NCBI GenBank assembly: GCA_040388555.1 | Contig: JAZKBP010000027.1 | Location: 20,463 to 84,462 of the forward strand | Length of the DNA stretch: 64,000 nt | From: Pseudomonadota bacterium | Lineage (GTDB): Bacteria > Pseudomonadota > Gammaproteobacteria > Burkholderiales > Burkholderiaceae_D | Direction: 5' to 3' | Shown here: one piece after another, positions 18,652-31,729 of the stretch | How the letters are laid out: each line of letters opens with the position of its first letter | Position numbering within the stretch: position 1 is the stretch's first letter | Program-made: the position numbers and the translations under genes | The notes under the pieces: model-generated | Database searches by the model: none | What the model was told of the DNA's origin: nothing | Seen by the model: the letters and a program-made list of their open reading frames with translations, nothing else

Positions 18652-19164
18652 ATGCATTCCGACGAACTGCAGGCCGCCCCTCCCGGCACCATGGAATTTC
18701 TGCGCTTTCGGCTCGGCGGCCTCGATTACGGGCTCGATGCCGGCAAGGTGCAGGAGCTGCGGATCTTGAAGTCGCTCGAACGCTTCGCCGCGGACGGTGA
18801 AATCATCAGCGGCGTGGCCGTCTCGCGCGGCGTGATCATGCCCATCGTCGACATGCGGGCCGGCGCCGGCGCCGGCGCCGACGCACCCGTGGCGCCGCCC
18901 GCGCCGCACACCGATGTCATCATCCTCAAACTATCGAGCTGTGTGATGGGCATGGTGGTTGACGGCGTCACCGACGTGGTGCGGGTGCGCCTGGACCAGA
19001 TCGCGCCGATCCCGGGCGCCCAGGGCGGTTTGCCCGGACCGGACGCGCTCGACTACCTGATCGGCCTGGCCGAGGCGGACGGACGGCGCCTGATCCTGGT
19101 CGACATCGACAAATTGATGTCGATCCGGCGCGCCGCGCCGCTGGGGGCGCACCAAGCGGCCTAG
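18652..19164 (+). CDS. cheW: CheW-like chemotaxis coupling protein
   Basis: EFLRFRLGGLDYGLDAGKVQEL...GVAVSRGVIMPIVDMR matches the CheW domain pattern. AAGGAA lies 5 nt upstream. Confidence 0.75.
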   Translation: MHSDELQAAPPGTMEFLRFRLGGLDYGLDAGKVQELRILKSLERFAADGEIISGVAVSRGVIMPIVDMRAGAGAGADAPVAPPAPHTDVIILKLSSCVMGMVVDGVTDVVRVRLDQIAPIPGAQGGLPGPDALDYLIGLAEADGRRLILVDIDKLMSIRRAAPLGAHQAA

Positions 19165-19165
19165 G

Positions 19166-21160
<1,995 letters not shown>

Positions 21161-21206
21161 AATGTCTTCTTTTTATTTGGAAATATTGGTAGCAGCTGAT
21201 TTGAGG

Positions 21207-21266
21207 GCGCTCAGAATTAATTAGGGTCAGGATTAATTAATCCTGACCCTAATTAATTCTGAGCGC
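21207..21266. repeat. perfect 60-bp AT-rich palindrome
   Basis: GCGCTCAGAATTAATTAGGGTCAGGATTAA|TTAATCCTGACCCTAATTAATTCTGAGCGC. I verified base by base that the right half is the reverse complement of the left. It lies between the prmB stop and the ABC-F start. Confidence 0.95.
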
Positions 21267-21294
21267 TTTCAATTCAGTTCCGGCCGCCGCATCG

Positions 21295-22179
21295 TTACTG
21301 GAGCTGGTCGGCCGTGATCAGGAATACCATGTCGTCGCCGGCGCTGGTGGACAGCCAAGTCAAGCCCAGCGCGCCGAAAGCCGCTTCGGCGAAGTCGCGC
21401 TCGTTGCCCACCTCGACCACCAGCACGCCTTCGGGCGTGAGGCGCTCGGCGGCGCCGGCCACGATCTGGCGCACCAAGTCCATGCCGTCGCCGCCGCCGT
21501 CAAGCGCCAGGCGCGGCTCGTGCAGGTATTCGGCCGGCAGGCGCATCATCGAGCTTGAATTGACGTAAGGCGGGTTGGTGACGATCAGGTCGTACTTCTT
21601 GAACGGGACGTTCTGGTACAGGTCGGACGCGAGCAGGTTCACGCGGCCCTCGAGCTTGTAGTCGCGCACATTGCGCTCGGCCACGTCGAGCGCGTCCTTC
21701 GAAATGTCGACCGCGTCGACGACGCTGTTGGGGAAGGCGTCGGCCAGCATGATCGCCAGGCAGCCCGAACCTGTACACAGCTCGAGGATGTTTTCGACCG
21801 CGTCGGGGTCTTCGATCCACGGGTTGAAGCGCTCCGGAATGAGTTCGGCGATGAAGGAGCGCGGCACGATCACGCGCTCGTCGACGTAGAAGGCGTAGGT
21901 GCCGAGCCAGCCCTCGTTGGTGATGTAGGCTGCCGGCACCCGGTCGGTGGCGCGCCGCTCGATCACGGCCAGCACATGCGCCACTTCCTCGGGCATCAAG
22001 CGCGCGTCGAGGAAGGGCTCGAGCTTGTCGAGCGGCAGGCGCAGCGTGTGCAGGATCAGGTAGGCCGCCTCGTCGAAGGCTTCGGCGCTGCCGTGACCGA
22101 AGAACAGCTTGGCCGCGTTGAAGCGGGTGACGGCGTAGCGCAGCAGGTCACGCGGCGTGGTGAAGATCGATGGGCTCAT
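21295..22179 (-). CDS. prmB: ribosomal protein L3 glutamine N5-methyltransferase
   Basis: N-terminus DLLRYAVTRFNAAKLFFGHG, SAM motif LELCTGSGCL, and catalytic TNPPY. Confidence 0.9.
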   Translation of the reverse strand: MSPSIFTTPRDLLRYAVTRFNAAKLFFGHGSAEAFDEAAYLILHTLRLPLDKLEPFLDARLMPEEVAHVLAVIERRATDRVPAAYITNEGWLGTYAFYVDERVIVPRSFIAELIPERFNPWIEDPDAVENILELCTGSGCLAIMLADAFPNSVVDAVDISKDALDVAERNVRDYKLEGRVNLLASDLYQNVPFKKYDLIVTNPPYVNSSSMMRLPAEYLHEPRLALDGGGDGMDLVRQIVAGAAERLTPEGVLVVEVGNERDFAEAAFGALGLTWLSTSAGDDMVFLITADQLQ

Positions 22180-22297
22180 GGCATTTCTCAGTCGGGCAAT
22201 GGTAACAAAGGTCGGTCAGGCTTGGGTTGCGCTTTGGTCGGGCTTCGGTCAATCGGACGCTCGGCGTGGCGGGCAAATGCATGCACATGCCGCGCGC

Positions 22298-23560
<1,263 letters not shown>

Positions 23561-23567
<7 letters not shown>

Positions 23568-23920
23568 CGAAGGAAAAGTTTGCCATATTGGGCTTCGGAA
23601 AAGCCCACGTGCGGTTGCGCCAAGCCTTGCAGCACCGGGCGCTTGATCACGGAGGGCTGCTCGAGCATCAGCTCGAGCGCGCTGGCCGCGTCGACGATGG
23701 CGGCCTTGCGCGCGTCGGGCAGATTGCGCCAGGTCGTGCCCTTGCGGTTGACCAGGGTTTGCCAATCAAGCTGTTCGAGCCAGGCCACCACGGTCGCGCG
23801 CGCCAAGCCCTGCTTTTTGAAGTCAATGAACTCGAAGGCCAGCGCCTGGCTGGAGAGCCAGGTGCGCGCCTTCTTGACGGTGTCGCAGTTGGGAATGCCG
23901 TAGACGGTCAGCGCCATCAT
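23561..23920 (-). CDS. ArsC/Spx-family reductase-like protein (YffB-like)
   Basis: MMALTVYGIPNCDTVKKARTWL... shows the thioredoxin-like CxxV/K N-terminus. An ATGA overlap links it to the pilU stop. Confidence 0.8.
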
Positions 23921-25071
23921 GTGTTGAGCGTGAATTCGGTGAACGAGGCGCCCGAATCGTCGGGTGGCGCGCTGGGGGCGGCCGCTTCGGCCGGCTGCTG
24001 CTGCTTGCTGTCCGGGCCGTTGTTGAGCAGCCAAAGCAGGTTGGTGGCCGAATCGGCGTTGGCCAGCGCTTCCTCCTGCGTGATCATCTCGTCGCGCACC
24101 AACTGCAGCAAGGCCGCCTCGAACGATTGCGATCCCGGCGAGAGGCTCTTTTCCATCGCTTCCTTGATCTGGCCGATCTCGCCTTTTTCGATCAGGTCCG
24201 ACACGTAGCGCGTGTTGACCATGATCTCGACGGCGGCCTGGCGCGCGCCGCCATCCTTCGAGCGCACCAGGCGCTGCGAGACGATGGCCTTGACCGCCGA
24301 GGACAAGTCCTGCAGCAGGGCCGGGCGGTTTTCGATCGGGTAGAAGCTGATGATGCGGTTAAGCGCGTTGTAGCTATTATTGGCGTGCAGGGTGGCCAAG
24401 ACCAGGTGGCCCGACTGCGCGTAGGCCAGCGCGGCGGCCATGGTTTCGCGGTCGCGGATCTCGCCGATCAGGATGCAGTCCGGCGCCTGGCGCATCGCAT
24501 TGCGCAGCGCCGTGTAGAAGTTGATGGCGTCGCTGCCGATCTCGCGCTGGTTGACGATCGATTTTTTGTTCTTGAACAGGTACTCGATCGGGTCTTCCAG
24601 CGTCAGGATGTGGCCCGAGCGCAGTTCGTTGCGATGGTCGAGCATCGAGGCGATCGTGGTCGACTTGCCCGAACCGGTGGCGCCGACGAGCAGCAGCAGG
24701 CCGCGCTTTTCCATGATCAGTTCATTCAGAATCGGCGGCAGGCGCAGGTCCTCGAGCGCGGGGATCTGCACCGGCACGAAGCGGAACACGGCCGAGATGG
24801 TGCCGCGCTGGCGGAACGCCGACAGACGGAAGCGCCCCAGCTTGGGCACCGACACCGCCATATTGAGTTCGTTCTCGCGCTCGAGTTCCTCGAGCTGGGC
24901 CGGACTGGCGATCTCGGTGAGCAGCGAATAGATGTTCTCGGGTTCGAGCTTTTGCTGGTTGATCGGGATTAGATTGCCGTTGATTTTCAAGTGCACCGGC
25001 GAATTCACCGCGAAGAACATATCCGAGGCGTTTTTTTCCTTCATCAGCTGGAACAAGCGGTCCATTGCCAT
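23917..25071 (-). CDS. pilU: PilT/PilU-family type IV pilus ATPase
   Basis: Walker A GATGSGKST, Asp box, and an N-terminus MDRLFQLMKEKNASDMFF typical of PilU. It has a Pro/Ala-rich C-terminal extension. Confidence 0.85.
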   Translation of the reverse strand: MAMDRLFQLMKEKNASDMFFAVNSPVHLKINGNLIPINQQKLEPENIYSLLTEIASPAQLEELERENELNMAVSVPKLGRFRLSAFRQRGTISAVFRFVPVQIPALEDLRLPPILNELIMEKRGLLLLVGATGSGKSTTIASMLDHRNELRSGHILTLEDPIEYLFKNKKSIVNQREIGSDAINFYTALRNAMRQAPDCILIGEIRDRETMAAALAYAQSGHLVLATLHANNSYNALNRIISFYPIENRPALLQDLSSAVKAIVSQRLVRSKDGGARQAAVEIMVNTRYVSDLIEKGEIGQIKEAMEKSLSPGSQSFEAALLQLVRDEMITQEEALANADSATNLLWLLNNGPDSKQQQPAEAAAPSAPPDDSGASFTEFTLNT

Positions 25072-25124
25072 CGTGCTCTCCTCAATCTTTATAGTCTGGT
25101 TATTCGTTGTGGGTCGGCGCGGTG

Positions 25125-25949
25125 TCAGATCCCGCGCAGCAGTTCGTTGATGCCGGTCTTGGCGCGCGTCTTGGCGTCGACGCGCTTGACGATCACGGCG
25201 CAGTACAGGCTGTGGCTGCCATCAAAGGCGGGCAAGCTGCCCGAGACCACGACCGAGCCGGCCGGTACGCGCCCATACGACACCTCGCCCGTTTCGCGGT
25301 CCAGGATCTTGGTCGACTGGCCGATGTACACGCCCATCGAGATCACCGAGTTCTCCTCGACGATCACGCCTTCGACGATCTCCGAGCGCGCGCCGATGAA
25401 GCAGTTGTCTTCGATGATGGTGGGGTTGGCTTGCATCGGCTCGAGCACGCCGCCGATGCCCACGCCGCCCGACAGATGCACGTTTTTGCCGATCTGCGCG
25501 CACGAGCCGACGGTGGCCCAGGTGTCGATCATGGCGCCTTCGTCCACATAGGCGCCGATGTTCACGTAGGAGGGCATCAAGACCACGTTCTTGCCGATGA
25601 AGCTGCCGCGGCGAGCGACCGCCGGCGGCACCACGCGAAAGCCGCCGCGCGCGAAGTCTTCGCTGCTGTAGTCGGCGAACTTGGTGGGCACTTTGTCGTA
25701 GAACTGCATGCCGGGGCCACCGACGACGACGTTGTTCTCGAGCCGGAACGACAGCAGCACCGCCTTCTTGATCCACTGGTTCACCACCCATGCGCCGTCG
25801 GCCTTGTGCGCCACGCGCAGGCTTCCCTCGTCCAGGCCGGCCAGCACGTGGGCCACGGCCTGGCGCAGGTCAAGCGAGCCGTTCGCTGGATTGATGTCGG
25901 CGCGCTGTTCCCAGGCTTGGTCGATGATGTGCTCGAGTTGTGCTGTCAT
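25125..25949 (-). CDS. dapD: 2,3,4,5-tetrahydropyridine-2,6-dicarboxylate N-succinyltransferase
   Basis: 274 aa with hexapeptide-repeat region (...[36 protein letters not shown]...), next to dapC. Confidence 0.9.
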   Translation of the reverse strand: MTAQLEHIIDQAWEQRADINPANGSLDLRQAVAHVLAGLDEGSLRVAHKADGAWVVNQWIKKAVLLSFRLENNVVVGGPGMQFYDKVPTKFADYSSEDFARGGFRVVPPAVARRGSFIGKNVVLMPSYVNIGAYVDEGAMIDTWATVGSCAQIGKNVHLSGGVGIGGVLEPMQANPTIIEDNCFIGARSEIVEGVIVEENSVISMGVYIGQSTKILDRETGEVSYGRVPAGSVVVSGSLPAFDGSHSLYCAVIVKRVDAKTRAKTGINELLRGI

Positions 25950-25964
25950 GTTGTGTCGTTGTGG

Positions 25965-27194
25965 TTAATGGAGTGAGCGTTTGGCCTTTTGGCCGTCGCA
26001 GAACTGGACGATGCGGGTGGCCGCCTCCAGGCATTCGTCAACTTCGGCCACCAGCGCCATGCGGATGCGGTTGCGGCCCGGGTTGACCCCGTGCGCCTCG
26101 CGCGCCAGGAAGGTCCCCGGCAGGACGGTGACATTATATTCGGCGTACAGCGCGCGTGCGAATTCGGTGTCCGACAGCCCGCTCTGGCGCACGTCGGCCC
26201 ACAGGTAGAAGCCGGCGTCGGGCAGCTCGACCTGCATCACGGGCTTGAGGATCGGCGTGATGAGATGGAATTTCTCGCGGTACTTGGCGCGGTTCTCCTG
26301 CACGTGGGCCTCGTCGTTCCAGGCCGCGATCGAGGCCGCCTGCACCGGCGGCGACATGGCGCCGCCGCTGTAGGTGCGGTACAGCAGGAACTGCTTGAGG
26401 ATGGCGGCGTCGCCGGCCACGAAGCCCGAGCGCATGCCCGGCACGTTCGAGCGCTTGGACAGGCTGGAAAAGGCCACCAGGGAGCGATACGGATGCTCGC
26501 CGCCGCTGCGCCCCAACTGGTGCGCCGCTTCGAGCGCGCCCAGCGGCGCCGTGCTGCCGTGATAGATCTCGGAATAGCATTCGTCGGCCGCGATCACGAA
26601 GCCGTGGCGGTCGGCCAGCGCGAACAGGTGCTCCCAGTCGGCCAACTCGAGCGTGGCGCCGGTCGGGTTGCCCGGCGAGCAAAGGTAGAGCAGCTGCACG
26701 CGCGCCCACACCGAATCGGGCACGCTGGCGTAGTCGCAGCCGAAATTGCGGGCCGCTTCCGAGTTGACGAAGTAGGGCTCGGCCCCGGCCAGGTAGGCCG
26801 CGCCTTCGTAGATCTGGTAGAACGGGTTCGGGCACATCACCAGGGCCGGACGGGCCGGGTCCACCACCGTGTGGGCGATCCCGAACAGCGCTTCGCGCGA
26901 GCCGTTCACCGGCAGCACCTGGGTGGCCGCATCGAGCGCGGGTACGCCATAGCGGCGCTCGATCCAGGCGGCGATGGCCGCGCGCAGCTCGGGGCCGCCG
27001 TGGGTGGTCGGGTAGACCGCCAAGCCTTGCAGGGCGTGGCTGAGCGCTTTGTGGATGAAGGGCGGGGTTGGATGCTTGGGCTCGCCCATGCCCAGGCTGA
27101 TCGGCGACCAGGCGGCGTCGGGCGTGACGCCCTGGAACAGCTGGCGCAGTCGTTCGAACGGGTAGGGATGCAGTTTGTCGAGGTGTGGATTCAC
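25965..27194 (-). CDS. dapC: succinyldiaminopimelate transaminase
   Basis: The GTG start gives VNPHLDKLHPYPFERLRQLF..., the typical DapC N-terminus. Class I aminotransferase motif SLSKRSNVPGMRSG is present. The track ORF is over-extended to 27338. Confidence 0.85.
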   Translation of the reverse strand: MNPHLDKLHPYPFERLRQLFQGVTPDAAWSPISLGMGEPKHPTPPFIHKALSHALQGLAVYPTTHGGPELRAAIAAWIERRYGVPALDAATQVLPVNGSREALFGIAHTVVDPARPALVMCPNPFYQIYEGAAYLAGAEPYFVNSEAARNFGCDYASVPDSVWARVQLLYLCSPGNPTGATLELADWEHLFALADRHGFVIAADECYSEIYHGSTAPLGALEAAHQLGRSGGEHPYRSLVAFSSLSKRSNVPGMRSGFVAGDAAILKQFLLYRTYSGGAMSPPVQAASIAAWNDEAHVQENRAKYREKFHLITPILKPVMQVELPDAGFYLWADVRQSGLSDTEFARALYAEYNVTVLPGTFLAREAHGVNPGRNRIRMALVAEVDECLEAATRIVQFCDGQKAKRSLH

Positions 27195-27289
27195 GGCGCG
27201 GACCCGGGTTGGCGTAGTGCGGCTTAGCCTCGGTATTATAGCGCCGATAGGGGCTTGCCGCCGCGCTCGCGACGGCTCATCCGAAAGGC

Positions 27290-28333
27290 TCAGGCGGCCG
27301 CCCGCTCGCGCCACGCGCCCGGGTTCATGCCGGACCACTCCTTGAAGGCGTGATTGAAGGCGCTTTGCTCCTGATAGCCAAGCAGGAAGGAGATGTCGAC
27401 CAGGGACAAGCCGCCCTGACGCAGATAATCTTTTGCTAACGCATAGCGGGCCTGGTCGAGCACGTGCTGGAAGCTCGCGCCGGCCTCGGAGAGCTTGCGC
27501 TGCAGGGTGCGCGGCGACAGTTTGAGCTCGTCGGCGATCGAGGCTAAGCGCACCCGGTCGTGCGCCAGGTTGCGGATAATGGCCGCGTGCACCTGGGCCA
27601 CCACGCCGGCGGCTTCGTCGGATTCCTCTTTCGCGCGCTGCGCCAGCAGGGTCTCGGCGTGCTGCTGCAGCACCGGATATAGGCCGACGTCGGCGTTCGG
27701 CACGGGCCAGCCCAGCAGTTGGGCGTCGAAGCTGGCCGCGTGGGTGGGCGCGCCGAACACGGGGGCGGCGCCGAACACGCGCTCATACTCTTTCAAGTCG
27801 GCCTCGCGCGCGTGGGCGAAGGCCAGCTGGGCCGGCGGCAGGGTGGCGCCGGCCAGCCAATTGCCGAACACGCGGATGCCGGCGAAGACGCTTTCGGCCA
27901 GGTGCCGGTTCGCCTGCGGGTAATTGCTGATCCATTCGTAGCGCGCCAGCGGGCCATCGAGGTGCAGCTGCGAGCGCCCCAGGTCGTGCGCCAGCTGCTC
28001 GTAGCGCATGGTCTGCTCGAAGGCTTGGCCGAAATGGCTGCAGCTAAGCAGGATCAGGCCGTACACGCTGTAGGTGCCAAGCTTGACGCGCTCGCCCACG
28101 TGCAGGCCAAAGTGCGGGTCTTGCGCCATCTGGGCGCCGGCGGCCAGCAGGGTGATGTAGTCGTCGGTGGCGAGCGACTCCGGCAGCGGCCACAGGGCGC
28201 GGTCGGGCAGGCCGGCCGCGCGCGCCAAGGCCAGCGGCTCGATGCCGCGCGCCTGCGCCGCTTCGAGCAGGGGCTGCAGGTAGGAGCCGGTGACGCGGCG
28301 ACCGTGGTGGTGCTCAGATGGCATAACTGGCAT
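27290..28333 (-). CDS. AraC-family transcriptional regulator
   Basis: C-terminal double HTH (...LSPRTLQRKLSEAGASFQ...GYQEQSAFNHAFKEWSG) plus an N-terminal ligand domain. Confidence 0.85.
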   Translation of the reverse strand: MPVMPSEHHHGRRVTGSYLQPLLEAAQARGIEPLALARAAGLPDRALWPLPESLATDDYITLLAAGAQMAQDPHFGLHVGERVKLGTYSVYGLILLSCSHFGQAFEQTMRYEQLAHDLGRSQLHLDGPLARYEWISNYPQANRHLAESVFAGIRVFGNWLAGATLPPAQLAFAHAREADLKEYERVFGAAPVFGAPTHAASFDAQLLGWPVPNADVGLYPVLQQHAETLLAQRAKEESDEAAGVVAQVHAAIIRNLAHDRVRLASIADELKLSPRTLQRKLSEAGASFQHVLDQARYALAKDYLRQGGLSLVDISFLLGYQEQSAFNHAFKEWSGMNPGAWRERAAA

Positions 28334-28479
28334 GATCGAACAATGCGGTTGTCATAAAAGAGCAATACCGGAGCTGAGGTCTCGCTTATTCTTTGTGCAT
28401 CATGGCTTGAACAGCCTTCGCGCCCAAGTATAGCGGCAAACGAGCGCGAATATCACGGAAAAAATGACGGGAAAACCAC

Positions 28480-30075
28480 ATGAGACGATGGAACGGATGG
28501 GGCGACGACGCCATTGAATTTGCGCTCAACGACGATGCGCTGGCCTTTTTGCGCGAACGCGTAGGGTCCGGCAACACGATTGTCGATGCCAGCTTGGCGC
28601 AGGCTTGCGCCCACATCGGGCCAAGCCGGCTCGAGGCGCACCGCCTGGTCGATACCACGGCGGCCACACGCATGGCCAACGCGCTGGGCCAAAGCCTGCC
28701 CGACTGGCTCAAGCTGCGTTACGGTAAAGTGGGTAATGTGCCCGATGGCGTGGCCTATCCGGAGAGTTCGGAACAGGTGCGCGAACTGCTCGACTATGCC
28801 GCGCGCATCAACGCCATCGTCATTCCCTACGGCGGCGGCACCAGCGTGGCCGGGCACCTGACGGTGTTCGATGGCGAACAGCCAGTGCTGTCGATGAACT
28901 TGACGCGCCTGCGCGCCTTGACCAACCTCGACACGGCGGCGCAGCTGGCCACCTTCGGCGCCGGCGTGTTCGGGCCGGACATGGAAGCGCAGCTGCGCGC
29001 ACACGGCTTCACGCTCGGCCACTTCCCGCAATCGTTCGAGTATTCGACCCTGGGCGGCTGGATCGTGACGCGTTCGTCCGGCCAGCAATCGCTGCGCTAC
29101 GGGCGCATCGAACAGATGTTCGCGGGCGGGCGCCTGGAGGCGCCCGTTGGCACGCTCGAGATTCCGACCTTCCCGGCGTCCGCCGCCGGCACCGACCTGC
29201 GCGAGATGGTGCTTGGTTCGGAAGGGCGAATGGGCATCCTGACCGAGGCGACCGTGCGCGTGACACGCTTGCCTGAGCACGAAGCCTTCCACGCGGTGTT
29301 CTTCCCCAACTGGCAAGCGGCGGCCGACGCGGTGCGCGCGATCGCGCAAGCCAAGCTGCCGCTGTCGATGCTGCGCTTGTCGAACCCGCTCGAGACGCTC
29401 ACCATGCTCACCCTGGCCGGCCACAAGAAGCTGATCGGCGCGATGGAAACCTACCTCGGCTGGCGCGGCTGCGGTGAAGGCAAGTGCATGCTGATGATCG
29501 GCGTGAGCGGCCAAAAGGCCACCACCGCCACCGGCCTGTCCGGCGCGTTGTCGATCGCGCGCGCCTACGGGGGCGTGCACGTGGGCCGCAAGATGGGCGA
29601 CAAGTGGAAGGAAAACCGCTTCCGTAATGTCTATCTGCGCAACGCGGCGTGGCAGCATGGCTTCGTGATCGACACGGTCGAGACGGCCGTCGACTGGTCG
29701 CGCGTGACGCCGATGATGCACGCGGTGGAAAAGGCCGGCACCGACGCGCTGGCCGGCCACGGCGAGCGCGTGCACGCCTACACCCACTTGTCGCATTTGT
29801 ATGCGCAAGGCGCGAGCGTGTATTCGACCTTCGTGTACCGCCTCTCGGGCGACTACGAAAACGATCTGCAGCGCTGGCACTCGCTCAAGAGCGGCATTTG
29901 CGAGGCGATCGTGGCCAATGGCGGCACCATCAGCCACCAGCACGGCGTGGGGAGCGACCATGCGCCCTACCTGGAAGCGGAAAAGGGCGCACTCGGCATG
30001 AGCGCGATGCGCTCGATGTTCCATCACTTCGATCCCGATGGCCGCATGAATCCCGGGAAGCTGGTGACGCCGTGA
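28480..30075 (+). CDS. FAD-linked oxidase (alkyl-DHAP synthase-like fold)
   Basis: FAD-binding PCMH-type region (...IVIPYGGGTSVAGH...) at 531 aa. Confidence 0.8.
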   Translation: MRRWNGWGDDAIEFALNDDALAFLRERVGSGNTIVDASLAQACAHIGPSRLEAHRLVDTTAATRMANALGQSLPDWLKLRYGKVGNVPDGVAYPESSEQVRELLDYAARINAIVIPYGGGTSVAGHLTVFDGEQPVLSMNLTRLRALTNLDTAAQLATFGAGVFGPDMEAQLRAHGFTLGHFPQSFEYSTLGGWIVTRSSGQQSLRYGRIEQMFAGGRLEAPVGTLEIPTFPASAAGTDLREMVLGSEGRMGILTEATVRVTRLPEHEAFHAVFFPNWQAAADAVRAIAQAKLPLSMLRLSNPLETLTMLTLAGHKKLIGAMETYLGWRGCGEGKCMLMIGVSGQKATTATGLSGALSIARAYGGVHVGRKMGDKWKENRFRNVYLRNAAWQHGFVIDTVETAVDWSRVTPMMHAVEKAGTDALAGHGERVHAYTHLSHLYAQGASVYSTFVYRLSGDYENDLQRWHSLKSGICEAIVANGGTISHQHGVGSDHAPYLEAEKGALGMSAMRSMFHHFDPDGRMNPGKLVTP

Positions 30076-30080
30076 ACACG

Positions 30081-31703
30081 ATGGAGCGTACAAGCATTGG
30101 CGCGAACTGGCGCATGGGTTGGCGCGAGGGTCTGCCAGAACTGCTGGCCCGCGAATGGGACTTGTTGATCATTGGCGGTGGTATCACGGGCGCCGGCATT
30201 TTGCTCGAAGCGTCGCGCCGCGGCTTGAAGGCGCTGCTGGTCGAGCAGCGCGACTTCGCCTGGGGCACGTCGAGCCGCTCGTCCAAGCTGGTGCACGGGG
30301 GCTTGCGCTACCTGAAGGAAGCGCGCTTTGGATTGACGCGCGAATCGGTGCACGAGCGCGAAAACCTGATGCGTGAGGCGCCCGGCCTGGTGGCGCCGCA
30401 GAGCTTTGCTTTCGGCGACTACAAAGGGCGCAAGCCGGGACGCAATGTGTTCCTGATTGGCTTGGCGATTTACGACTTCATGGCCGGCATGCGCGAGCGC
30501 CACTACTTCGGGCGTGAAGAATTCCTGATGATGGCGCCCAATATCGGGCGCGAGGGTCTGCATGGCGGCATGCGCTACACCGACGCCAAGACCGATGACG
30601 CGCGCATGGTCATGCGCGTGCTGCAGGAGGCACAGTCGCACGGCGGCGTGGCCATCAACTACCTGGCCGCCAAGTCGCTGCTGCGCGAGGGCGGGGGTGA
30701 CACCGGCAAAGTATGCGGCGCTCTGCTGCATGACATCGGCGACGACGCCACCCACCAGGTGCGTGCGCGCCTGGTCATCAACGCCACCGGCGCCTGGGCC
30801 GACGGCCTGCGCGGGCAAACGGGCGCTGTGCGCAAGCTGCGTCCGCTGCGCGGCAGCCACCTGGTGCTGCCGGCCTGGCGCTTGCCGCTGGCGCAGGCGA
30901 TCAGTCTGATGCATCCGCGCGACGGGCGCCCCGTGTTCGCCTATCCGTGGGAAGGCGTGACCCTGGTCGGCACCACCGATGTCGACCATAGCGAAGACAT
31001 GAAACTCGAGGCGGCCATCACGCGCGCCGAGCTTGAATACCTGCTCGAAGCCTTGAACGCGCAGTTCCCGCAGATGGGCTTGAACGAAGAAGACGTGCTG
31101 GCCACCTACGCCGGCGTGCGCCCCGTCATCGACACCGGCCAGAGCGATCCGTCCAAGGAAGGGCGCGAGCACGCGGTGTGGGTCGACGATGGTTTGTTGA
31201 CCGTCACCGGCGGCAAGCTCACCACCTTCCGCGTGATCGCGCTCGATGCCCTCAAGCACGCCATGCCGCTGCTGCCGGGCTGGCGCGACAATCTCAAGCC
31301 CTTGCCGATTTTCGGCAGCGGCACCCCGGTCGCATTGGCCAGCGCGCGGCAGCGCTTGCCAAGCGCGCACGCCGAACGCCTGCGCGGACGCTTCGGCGCG
31401 CAAGCGCAAGCGGTGGTGGACGCCGCGCGCGCGGGCGAACTCGACGCCATCCCCGGCACCGAAACGCTGTGGGCCGAGCTGCGCTGGGCCGCGCGCGCCG
31501 AGGGCGTGCTGCGCCTGGAAGACCTGATGCTGCGCCGTACCCGTCTTGGCCTGCTGCTGCGTAACGGCGGGCAGGAGCACATCGATCGCATCCGCGCCAT
31601 CTGCCAGGACGAACTGGCTTGGGACGACACGCGCTGGGACGCCGAGCACGCCGCCTACCGCGCGCTCTGGAACGCCAACTACAGCCTGCCGCGCGCAGCG
31701 TAA
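30081..31703 (+). CDS. FAD-dependent glycerol-3-phosphate dehydrogenase/oxidase-like protein
   Basis: Contains DLLIIGGGITGAGILLEASRRGLKALLVEQRDFAWGTSSRSSKLVHGGLRYL. An alternative GTG at 30072 overlaps the upstream stop (GTGA). The track ORF is over-extended to 29649. Confidence 0.85.
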   Translation: MERTSIGANWRMGWREGLPELLAREWDLLIIGGGITGAGILLEASRRGLKALLVEQRDFAWGTSSRSSKLVHGGLRYLKEARFGLTRESVHERENLMREAPGLVAPQSFAFGDYKGRKPGRNVFLIGLAIYDFMAGMRERHYFGREEFLMMAPNIGREGLHGGMRYTDAKTDDARMVMRVLQEAQSHGGVAINYLAAKSLLREGGGDTGKVCGALLHDIGDDATHQVRARLVINATGAWADGLRGQTGAVRKLRPLRGSHLVLPAWRLPLAQAISLMHPRDGRPVFAYPWEGVTLVGTTDVDHSEDMKLEAAITRAELEYLLEALNAQFPQMGLNEEDVLATYAGVRPVIDTGQSDPSKEGREHAVWVDDGLLTVTGGKLTTFRVIALDALKHAMPLLPGWRDNLKPLPIFGSGTPVALASARQRLPSAHAERLRGRFGAQAQAVVDAARAGELDAIPGTETLWAELRWAARAEGVLRLEDLMLRRTRLGLLLRNGGQEHIDRIRAICQDELAWDDTRWDAEHAAYRALWNANYSLPRAA

Positions 31704-31729
31704 TCCACTCCAACAGGAACAGAACGACC

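Noticed and set aside
29649-30080. N-terminal extensions suggested by the ORF track (29649.. for the G3P-dehydrogenase-like gene, 31619.. for the kinase, ..27338 for dapC, ..17738 for arfB, ..6870 for the permease, 7426.. for the response regulator)
   Set aside because: The extensions overlap the preceding genes, are low-complexity, and precede well-conserved family N-termini that have their own start codons. In several cases those starts show stop/start overlap coupling.
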